DNA of 64,000 bases from Eukaryota sp. GEM-RC1. Taxonomy: Eukaryota. A program made the translations under genes and the position numbers. A model generated the notes under the pieces. The model made no database searches and was not told the origin of the DNA. It worked only from the letters and a program-made list of their open reading frames with translations. Below, piece by piece: positions 54,770 to 64,000 of the stretch (within the stretch, counting starts at the first letter, position 1; every line of letters starts with the position of its first letter). Location: the NCBI GenBank assembly GCA_040285855.1, contig JAUFOQ010000016.1, forward strand, positions 2,418,001 to 2,482,000, in the 5' to 3' direction.

Positions 54770-55350
54770 AGTATCAAATCAAATCATACAACAGCTTTGT
54801 CCTCATAAAAGGAACTCACAGCTGATAAAGCCCAGGAGATGATTAGGGGAATTGTTTTAAAAACAGCAACAATGATACGATTCAACCATAACATTTGATC
54901 AGAGCGTTTGTTCATCCTATTTGTTCCGATTTTTCCGAAATTGTTTAAAAAATTCAATGCATTTTTTCCTAAAAGGTCATAGATTGAAACAGTAAAAGAT
55001 CATAATTCGTATTCAACGTGTTTTACGTGGTTTAGAGCCATCAATGGCTTGTTGTACTGATCCTGTTTGGCTTGTTCAGAAATGACTAAGGGCGAAGTCA
55101 GAGTAAGCATTCTTTAAAGATGTCTTTTTACAAACATCCACAGACACTACATCGACAACTCACAATTTGTCTGAAAAGGGACAATAACATCTGCTCTCCG
55201 TTTACCAAAACATTGGTTCATATTATTATTTTTTGAAATATAAATTTGTATGGATATAATGAAATAAATAGCCTAAAACTCAATATTATCAAAGCAAGAT
55301 TCCTTAGAATCGAACCTTGTTGAAGCTTTGTCTTCATAATGCACATTGAC
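54770..55350 (-). mobile_element. Decayed RLE-type non-LTR retroelement fragment
   Basis: FGKRRADVIVPF, VVDVVSVDVC and SPLVISEQAK, with stops. Confidence 0.5.
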
Positions 55351-55437
55351 GGATAATTAAGCTCTCTAAGTCATTATGAGAACTGATTAATGTGATATAC
55401 CACTACATGCAGTAACTATACAAAATGGGTTTATTTA

Positions 55438-55920
55438 TAGGGGTGGACAAGACTCGAGTCGGACTCGAGACGGACACAGCAATCGTAAGTCTGAGTGTGA
55501 GTCCGACTCACCGTATCTGAGTCTGAGTCTGAGCTTGAGTCTCACGTCATAAACATTCATTATTACAAACATTCTTTATTTAGTAAGATACGGGGTTCGT
55601 GAAACGATTTACTAAAATCATCATCTCTGAAGTGTTAAAATTTCTGGCGACTTACAGAGGATTACATTGAGTTATGTAGGATAGTTAAATTGTCGATGAA
55701 AGCAAAGTGACACTCTAAAATATCATCAAGTCTATTATGAAACAATATGATTTAATATTGTTAAGATAATTTAATGTGAAACACCTGAGTCTGAGTCTGA
55801 GTCGGACTCGGGGGTTGTGAGTCTGAGCCTGAGGCGGATTAAAGGTTATGAGTCTGAACCTGAGCCTCAGTCTTAACCCAGCTTGAGTCTAAACTTGAGT
55901 CGTGTTTTTGTACACCCCTA
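55438..55920. mobile_element. hAT-type MITE
   Basis: TIR TAGGGGTG(G/T)ACAA, perfect 8-bp TSD TTTATTTA and CTGAGT subterminal arrays. Confidence 0.9.
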
Positions 55921-56183
55921 TTTATTTACACCAAATGGATTAAGACCGTTTACATAAGGTTAATTTTGCAAATGTATGTTTTCGTAGGAAGTTACCTTTT
56001 GGGTACCGAATATAGTTCACTTCTAAGGTACTTGTACAGTTACAAAGTCTGTATAATTCCAATATCAACATCTTTTCCCTTCTCATGTATCATCATAAAC
56101 TTATTCAGCCACTGTTTTTGTAGTTAATCAAAACAGAATTACATTGGAACACCCACATTTGTATTATATTGATAGACTTTACA

Positions 56184-57122
56184 CTAATAAATGCCAGCAC
56201 CTTCTAAAACCGGTAGATCCAACTGTGTACGATCAGATGATTTTAATTTTTGAATATCAACAAAATCCTGAAATTTCAAAAGATTGGGATACAACTTCTT
56301 AACAGACTCTAAATCAGGTTTAATTTTCTCTTGACGTAGAAATTTGTAGAGTTTTTGAAACTCTTCGTTTGAAATATCCGAATCAGGACACTGTACAAAA
56401 GGAACAGATAGCATTTCTGCCATTTCTAAGCACTTAATAGATTCAGCACAAAGTTCTAAGAAGAAACCAGTCTGTTCCAGTATTGACGGTCTATATGCAA
56501 CGTCAGCAAGTACACGTCCAAAGTCCACAAGGGAAACTACCGGTAACGTAGTTTCAGGATGCAAAGGAAGACAGAGTTGATGCTTTATCCGTAGTCTGGT
56601 TTCAATTTCAGGGGTATTGATCAAATTCTCGTAGAAGAAAGTGGATCGAACAATTGAAATATTCTCAAATTGTTGACGTCGCCTGTTCAGTTCTTCTTCT
56701 ATCAAACACTTACTTCTGAGGTGGGGAACTTCATCACGTTCACAGCCAGCAAACGAGGCATAAATGATAATCCTAACCGAAAGGTTTGCCGCTTCATCAA
56801 GAATCATTCTGGCGTATTCCACTTCCTTTTCACTGGCTGAAATGTAATCTGGGCCAAAGTCTGCAGTGTTTTGAATAAGAATAAGCGTATCACTGTCTCC
56901 AATTGCATCGGAAACAGATTCTCTATGAGTGGGATCTCCAATGAAGATCTGAAACTTGTGATGTTGTTGCAGTTTGAGCCTCCTCAGGGCAGAAGACTGG
57001 TGTTTTGAGAATGCTCTAATGGTATGAGCTTCACTGAATAGATCATGTGTCAACACAGCTGAGGTAGTGGCAATTCCTATCTTAGTGTCTGCGCCAAAGA
57101 CAACAATTCGACGGTTGGACAT
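56184..57122 (-). CDS. NmrA-like atypical SDR (NAD(P)-binding Rossmann fold)
   Basis: IVVFGADTKIG, VPHLRSKCLIEE, RSTFFYEN and VSLVDFG. Confidence 0.85.
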   Translation of the reverse strand: MSNRRIVVFGADTKIGIATTSAVLTHDLFSEAHTIRAFSKHQSSALRRLKLQQHHKFQIFIGDPTHRESVSDAIGDSDTLILIQNTADFGPDYISASEKEVEYARMILDEAANLSVRIIIYASFAGCERDEVPHLRSKCLIEEELNRRRQQFENISIVRSTFFYENLINTPEIETRLRIKHQLCLPLHPETTLPVVSLVDFGRVLADVAYRPSILEQTGFFLELCAESIKCLEMAEMLSVPFVQCPDSDISNEEFQKLYKFLRQEKIKPDLESVKKLYPNLLKFQDFVDIQKLKSSDRTQLDLPVLEGAGIY

Positions 57123-57192
57123 AGTAGGAAATACTGTAGATGTTCTGATTAACAGAACACCAATTGGAACAAACTCTCTTTAATCCAACTTT

Positions 57193-59589
57193 ATGTTTTC
57201 CAATCTTCGAATTGGGGTTGTTCGACCCATCCAGTTTAAGAAGGATCATTACATCCAAACTATTGAAGCTAACGGAGGTACTGTGGCCATTCTTCCTGAG
57301 GATGATCCTCATTTCTGTATTAGTTCTACGTCAGGGAACGCCCGCAAAGCAAAGCTTTTCAAACATGCAGCCAGTTCTAAGCTACCCATTGTATCTGAAG
57401 ATTACTTTGCTGATTGTCTTAAGCAAAAGGTACTACTTCCCACTGATGAATACGCTATTGAAAACACCAAACCTGTCGCCTTGTCTTTTACCTCTTCTAC
57501 ACCCCAACAACCAGCTGATCAAATAGATGATGCTTCTCCCACGAAACCCTCCTCCCCTCAACCCCAAGTTGAAGAGGAAGTTGAACCCCAAGTTGAAGAG
57601 GAAGTTCCGTTTGTTCCCCTTATTCTACTCACTCCTCTCGCTAAGAACTCTATTTCTACCGATGAACTCAACTTTCTCCAATCCAAAGCCAAACTCTCCA
57701 CTCGTTACTCTGAATCTCCTGCATGTGTCATTTCCACCCAACAGGATGCCCAACGGTCTCGACCTCTTGCAATGATCACAAAAGCCACTTCCAACATGAT
57801 TCCCATAGTCTCAACCAAGTACGTCACTGACTCAATGGCGGCCAATCAACTCTTAGTCATCTTTGATGGTGATTATGACCTCTTTCCTAAATCAGCTCTG
57901 TTCCAACAACCTCCTAAAAAGAAGTCACGAACTCTCTCGCCTCTTCTGTACGAATCTATTCCCGATGAGGTCATGCAACTCGACAAGGAGGCCACCGAGA
58001 CCAGTATCTCCACTCTAGCAAAGTCCCTCTTATCACCACCAGTTTCCCCAAGAAGATCCAAGACGAAGAAGATGAAAAAGATTGATGTTAAACCTGAACT
58101 TGAATTTACGCGTAGTGTTCCTAATTGTACTGTCTATGTTGATGATGAGTTGAACTACTGGACAACCTCCCTGAATCAAACAAACGTTGCTCAAAACAAT
58201 AATAAGTTTTATATTATCCAACTCTTGGTTGCTTCTGATGGTAAGTTCTTCTTGGCTTGTAAATGGGGCAGGGTGGGAGCTAAGTCTCCACAAAAAAGTT
58301 TAAAACAGTTTAGTGATTTGGGACAAGTGAAGTCTGCGTTTAATAGTCAGTTTCAGAAGAAGACTGGGAATGCTTGGATGAGCCCTTTTGTTCCCAAATT
58401 AGGCAAGTATGCAATCGTTGAGGTTGATTACACACGTTCTGATGATGAGGAAGATGTTCAACCAGCTGAAACTGTCGATCAATCAGAAACGTCATCACCC
58501 AAATCATCTGGGCCCTTGATTAAACTTCCCACCGCGCTGGATAGTTTCATCAAGTTCATATTTGATTCCAACTTCTACCGTGAAGCCCAGGAACAAATGG
58601 GTTATAGTTCTGATAAACTTCCTTTAGGCAAATTGTCTGCCAGTCAAATCAAGAAAGCCTATCAGATTTTATCAACTATCCAAGACGTGATTAATGCCAA
58701 GGCTTCTGGAGATATCCAAGAACTTACCTCCCAGTATTATACTACGATTCCTACTAATTTTGGAATGAAGAAGCCCCCGTTGATTAGATCTGATGATCAT
58801 ATTGGTACACTAATTAAAAATTTAGCAGATTTGGCCGATATGTCGATTGCACAGCGACTGGCTTCTGCTGCTGACAAGATCTTATCTGTCACTGCTAATG
58901 TTGATAAGTCTGTTTTGCAGTACCGTCAGCTCAACACTGGATTGCTTCGAATTGATTCAACTGATCACGTTTACGGTTTAATCAATCAATACGTGACAAC
59001 TAATCATGGACCCACTCACAACGACTATCATTTGACCCTCATTGATTGCTTTAAAATTGATAGACCAGCTGAACGACAACGTTATGATGCATGTCCCATC
59101 AAGAATAAAGTTCTGCTTTTCCATGGTAGTAGAGTTACCAACGCTCCAGGCATCCTCAGTAATGGCCTGAAGATCGCTCCTCCAGAAGCTCCTGCAACTG
59201 GTTACATGTTTGGAAAAGGTGTTTATCTAGCCAACATGTCTTCAAAATCTGCTAACTATTGTTGCCCTGTCCAAGGAGAGCATGGTTCTGAAGGAACTCT
59301 GTACTTGGTTGAAGCTAAACTTGGATCCCCTGCAGTTCTTAGTGATGCAATGTACATGGAAGAACCTCTGCCTGACTCTGATAGTACTTGGGGTCAAGGA
59401 CGCGTGGTTCCTGATGAGTCAAGCTTTGTTTATTATGATGACGTTCTGGTACCAATTGGAGCACCAGTGAGTCCTGAGAAGAAGAAGCATTTGGTATTGA
59501 ATTATGATGAGTTCATTGTTTATGATACAGATCAAGTGCTGCTGAGATATGTTGTTAGAGTTAAGTTTGATAAAAGAAAGAGGCGGTAG
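57193..59589 (+). CDS. Poly(ADP-ribose) polymerase: 2 BRCT-like, WGR, regulatory and catalytic domains
   Basis: LPIVSEDY and IPIVSTKY (BRCT-like), NNNKFYIIQL and WGRVG (WGR), LPLGKLS and YYTTIP (regulatory), LLFHGSR, GYMFGKGVYLA and YDEFIVY (H-Y-E triad intact). Confidence 0.95.
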   Translation: MFSNLRIGVVRPIQFKKDHYIQTIEANGGTVAILPEDDPHFCISSTSGNARKAKLFKHAASSKLPIVSEDYFADCLKQKVLLPTDEYAIENTKPVALSFTSSTPQQPADQIDDASPTKPSSPQPQVEEEVEPQVEEEVPFVPLILLTPLAKNSISTDELNFLQSKAKLSTRYSESPACVISTQQDAQRSRPLAMITKATSNMIPIVSTKYVTDSMAANQLLVIFDGDYDLFPKSALFQQPPKKKSRTLSPLLYESIPDEVMQLDKEATETSISTLAKSLLSPPVSPRRSKTKKMKKIDVKPELEFTRSVPNCTVYVDDELNYWTTSLNQTNVAQNNNKFYIIQLLVASDGKFFLACKWGRVGAKSPQKSLKQFSDLGQVKSAFNSQFQKKTGNAWMSPFVPKLGKYAIVEVDYTRSDDEEDVQPAETVDQSETSSPKSSGPLIKLPTALDSFIKFIFDSNFYREAQEQMGYSSDKLPLGKLSASQIKKAYQILSTIQDVINAKASGDIQELTSQYYTTIPTNFGMKKPPLIRSDDHIGTLIKNLADLADMSIAQRLASAADKILSVTANVDKSVLQYRQLNTGLLRIDSTDHVYGLINQYVTTNHGPTHNDYHLTLIDCFKIDRPAERQRYDACPIKNKVLLFHGSRVTNAPGILSNGLKIAPPEAPATGYMFGKGVYLANMSSKSANYCCPVQGEHGSEGTLYLVEAKLGSPAVLSDAMYMEEPLPDSDSTWGQGRVVPDESSFVYYDDVLVPIGAPVSPEKKKHLVLNYDEFIVYDTDQVLLRYVVRVKFDKRKRR

Positions 59590-60185
59590 ATAGTTTTAAT
59601 TCATTTATTTATTTGTATGTTAAATTATAGTATGTAACCCTTTATTGATTTAAATTCCAGTATGTAGGTAGTATAAGTTACAGTCAATGTGCGCAAAATC
59701 TTTGGCACGTACGCTACGGATCTGTACGTACGGATTTATTGTATCCGTACCGATGTCATTTGATTTTATAAAAACATATTTATGAATGATAAAAATGGAT
59801 ATACAATTACTATTTTCTGAGTGGAGGTTCCTTTCACTTGTCAAACGAAGTACTAGTGCAAATTGCTTCTGCAGCATCTGATTGTTTATACATCCAATCT
59901 GTGGGTTTTTGGGCCCTTTATCATAGTAGCAGTATCGTAGTAGTATCATAGACGCTACTACTATTATTGATTTCGAGCGATTGCAGAGCTTCGTCTGTAA
60001 AGCGTCATTTTGGGGAAGTTGTGGTCAGCAAATGACGTATCCTAAATGTGTATATGTGTGACAATCACGATATTGATACACATAGCATTTGGTGGATATC
60101 AATTACGAAGAAGATTTACGTGAGACAGACTTGCAGAAAGTAGTGAGCTATTTGAGGAAAGAAGGATCATGAAGATTTGCTCTGC

Positions 60186-63100
60186 ATGAGCCAGTCATAC
60201 CCTTCTAGTTTTGATATCACATGTGATCATCAAGTTTGTCCCTGTGCGTTCCTTTTCATTCCAGTGTTTATCGTTTCCTCTGTCACATCCTGCGACTGGT
60301 TTCTCCAATAATCCTTTCCTTCGTTATTTCCGCGATCTTGAGTTGACAACAGGACTGCAATTCTTTACCTCTCAACATCTTCACTTTCTTGTAGTACAAC
60401 AGGGACATAGTTCCGCCAGCAATACTGCAGTTGGTATGTAGTTTTGAACCTCGATCTAACATTAGTTCTAAACATTGGTCTCAACGATGTTCTTGTGGAA
60501 AAGCTCTCTGAAGCTACTGATCCTGTTTTCTCCTTCCACTGCTACCATGTCTTCCTTCAGACCTTTTCTTCTGTAGTATTCGGCGTTAGTCCTCAGGTTC
60601 TGTCCACTGTTCTTGAATACATTGGATTTCGAGAAGCCATGAACCAGAAACTTGACCTTCCCAAAATGAAAAAGTTGTTCAATAACTATCACCAACGTCT
60701 TCAATCCTTGGGTCACGTGATTCCTCAAGATCCATGGGAACAGCTGTCACTTGTTGTCCAGAAACTCTCTGAACGATCTCCAACTCAATCTCTTCTTCTC
60801 AAAGTACAAGTCCTTCTTATCAGTGATATACATGCACCAGCTATCACCATTGATCCTTCAAGTAAATCCTTTGTCACTTGTGAACACGACTTTGATCAAC
60901 ATCCTGCTCTTCGTCAGTTGAGTCTCAATTACAGTGATGCTTCTCATTATCTGGATAAGTTTGTCAGTGGCTTGAATCATCTCACAAAGGTTGGCGCTAA
61001 TTCCGATTCAAGCTCTAAGCTGGCTCAGCTACGAGCTTCACGTCTGTCAAATTCTCCATTGAACTCTAGTAGAAACCGACCCAAAGTCAAACCTAGATCT
61101 AATAGATCGTCTCCTTCTAAGGCTCCTAAAGAAATCAAACGTGGTCACACGATTCCTTCCAATTGAACCTGCAGATCCAGAAGGCCATCACCCTTTCCTT
61201 AACGACTTCCTTCTCAATTCCTCCCTCCAAAGCTCTACTTCCAGGTCATCTGCTACTCCAAAGACTGGTACACTTAGTGCTTACTGTCGACTTAAACCCA
61301 CTGATGCTGAGACTGTTTATATAGACACACCAACTGATAACTCTGTCTCTATTTGTATTTCTAAGAGTTCTGCTCAAGGTACCCCAGTTAATGGTCCTAA
61401 GTGGCTATTCCCTTTTTCTTCTATTCTTACTAAAGAAAACATACAAGTTTATGAGGAAGTTGCAGCTCCTGCTGTTGGAGACCTTTTCAACAACGTTTCT
61501 TCTACCTTATTTACCTATGGTGGAGTAGCTAGTGGTAAGACTTATACTTTCTTTGGTTCTCCCACGTGTGTTTCACAAGAGACTATTGGTCTGATTCCTT
61601 TGTCACTTCATTCTATCTTTCATCGTCTTGTTGACGACCAGGAAGTATTGATCTCTTTTCTGGGATTGAAAGATGATGCGGTTTATGACCTTATGCAAAC
61701 GTCATTCGATGAACATGGCAAGAAGTCACCTACATTACTGAATTCTGCTGTTATTTCCAGTGTTTGTAACAACGCCAAGATCACGTCAATTCCAGGACTT
61801 TCCCAGAATAAAGTGTCAACCTTACGTGAAGCTCTAGAATTACTTTCTAATGGAAGTGATTTAAGGCAATGGGAACGATCAAAGTCCAATCTAGAATCAA
61901 CAAGATCCCATTTCATTCTCTCAATTCAGTTGATCTCGAAAACACAAGAAACTAATAGTAAGTTATGTTTTGTTGATCTAGCAGCTCCAATTCAGAATGC
62001 CGATCTACCAGACAAACAGAGTCCAATGTTTAAGCAATGTACCAAGCTTAACAAATCTCTTTTCTTTTTAGAAGGTGTGTTATCTGCTGTAACTAGTGGT
62101 AAGCCACACGTTCCTTATAGAAACTGTTTGTTAACTTCAGTTCTTCGATTTAACATGTCTTATTCCCCTAAATTAATCATGATTGCTTGTCTTTCTCTTG
62201 ATCCTGACGATGCATCTGAATCTCTTGCTACGTGTTTGTTTTTCCGTAGAATAGGGGTCTTCAAGAGGCTTGGTCAACAAGAAGCTAAGATGAAGAAGGA
62301 AAAGCTTTTGAATGATAGTCCCTTTGTAACTCCCAGTGGCTCCCTCTCTCCTCCCATGGCTGAACATCACGTGGAGGTACTTGAACAATCTGAAGAGAAA
62401 GAGGATTCTGAGAAGTCTGAAGAAGATGAAGTTGTTATTGATAAATCTCTTTCTTCTGAAATCAAAATGGACTTGACTTCCACTAGTGATTCAACTAGTG
62501 AAGAATCTGTAGTGGAATCGGATATTAACACTGATATTGTTATTGAAACTGTTATAGCTTCTCCTGTTGAAGTCACTAACCAATCATCTGACTCTGATCA
62601 ACTTGTTCATGATGTGATGTCCTATTCAAAGGTTGATAGTACAGAAATGAAAGATGTAGTGTTAGAGTTTAAAGAAGATCCTGAACCTAGATCACCATGT
62701 AGTACTAAAGTAAAGAACAACTGGAATTTGATTGGAATCAAAAGTAATATTATTATTGGTTTATTTTGCTTCATTCTTGGATGTTTAGCTTTTCTGCTAT
62801 TCCTTTTCTTACGGTCATCAACTCCTCCCACTTTCATTGTATCAGGTATAGTTACTAGCGATTCAGTTCCTCTTTCAGGTGTTATTGTTTTTGGTGAAGG
62901 TATTAATGGTGTTTACAGTGATGATGATGGATTATTTCTGTTTGAATTGGAAAATGGAGAATATGAGTTCAACTTCCAATTATGTGGCTATGATCCAAAG
63001 TCAATCAGTGTGACAGTGTCTGATAGTGATAAGTTTGTTGAGGTTTCCCTGGTTCTTACGGTGTTTACACTGGAACTAAATGTCTATGACGATATCACTT

Positions 63101-64000
63101 CCGATGCAGTTCCCAATCCTAGTGTTAAACTCATCAATCAAAATTTGATTGTTAATGGAAATGAGGAAGGTGGGATTCTCTTACTTGATTTAATTCCTGG
63201 TGACTATGACCTAACTGTGATGCATTCTGATTACTATCATCGAAATCTATCAGTTGAAATCTCGCATGATGTGGTAAAATTGATTGCTGTTACACGTCAT
63301 GGATTTACCGTTACTGACAATACTATATCTGGTTACGATGCTTCATTTGGTCCAAACGTCACCATTCCTCCCAGTATTAATGGTGTCGTGATCACTAGAA
63401 TTGGTAATTCTGCATTTGCATCCAAGGGACTAGTTGAAGTTGTAATTTCTGATAATGTTAATACTATTAGTATCACTGCTTTTCAAAATAATAATATTGA
63501 AAGTCTAATTATTGGCCAGTCTGTAACAGATATTGGTTTTTCAGCGTTTAAATCTAACTCTCTTTCTAATCTTGTCATTCCAAACAGTGTCAGTTGGATT
63601 AATGCATTTGCGTTTCAGGACAATCAATTAGTTAACGTCGAATTTGGTAATTCTGTAGACCAAATTTTACGTGGTGCGTTTGAAGGCAACCTGCTAACTT
63701 CCATAGTGTTTCCGGATTCTCTTGTTAGAATCCGTATGGAATCATTTCAAAATAACAAGTTAGTAAATGTTACCTTTGGGGCTGGGTTATTACTTATTGA
63801 TGACAGTGCTTTTTACATCAATGAACTTGTTGAAGTCGTAATTCCTGATAATGTTACCGCAATTGGTGGATATGCTTTTAGACATAATAATATAGAAACT
63901 GTAATTATTGGTCGATCTGTAACAACTATTGGTAATTATGCTTTTCATGATAATAATTTAGAAACTCTAATTATTGGTCAATCTGTAACAACTATTGGTA
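60186..64000 (+). CDS. Chimeric type-II membrane protein: PPDK-like module + divergent kinesin motor + TM + 2 beta-sandwich (carboxypeptidase-regulatory-like) domains + BspA-type LRRs; runs off the window end
   Basis: No stop in the frame 61177-64000. Kinesin motifs: CRLKP, YGGVASGKTYT, NLESTRSH, FVDLA, LNKSL, HVPYRN. TM IIIGLFCFILGCLAFLLFLFL at 62749-62811. LRRs such as VIPDNVTAIGGYAFRHNNIETV. Introns 60434-60465 and 61144-61174 link the upstream exons in frame; the start at 60186 needs one frame break and is uncertain. Confidence 0.82.

Noticed and set aside
55455..55905. CRISPR-like or telomeric repeat array (CTGAGT; also CAGCC at 7.4 and 8.1 kb, ATTGCCGT at 43-44 kb)
   Set aside because: Short irregular motifs confined between TIRs with 8-bp TSDs, i.e. 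hAT subterminal repeats. No spacers or cas genes.
44804..61166. Functional pyruvate phosphate dikinase genes
   Set aside because: Only a sub-fragment of the N-terminal domain is similar. The phospho-His and PEP-binding domains and key ATP-grasp motifs are absent.

Overview
Gene-dense, AT-rich eukaryotic (protist-like) DNA using the standard code. It has very short GT-AG introns (23-34 nt) and many single-base frame breaks in homopolymer runs that look like assembly indels. About 25 protein genes can be supported: a B-box/coiled-coil/SPRY-like protein, a 1487-aa repeat-built membrane protein, P5B ATPase, WD40, FYVE-ARM, SUA5, an AMN1-type LRR protein, UDP-glucose pyrophosphorylase, a divergent Hsp70, DBP2, a Dicer/RIG-I-like helicase with a dsRBD, two inverted amino-acid transporter paralogues, acylphosphatase, DBP8, an RI-like LRR protein, an SMCR8-like protein, a ricin-B lectin, NmrA and PARP. 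Intergenic DNA holds non-autonomous hAT-type elements (8-bp TSDs) and decayed RLE-type non-LTR retroelements. The standout, largely missed by the ORF track because it runs off the window end, is a gene at about 60.2-64 kb. It joins a PPDK-derived module, a divergent kinesin motor domain, one transmembrane helix, two beta-sandwich domains and BspA-type LRRs: a candidate kinesin-tailed surface receptor or adhesin. All domain calls come from motif recognition by eye, not from database searches.
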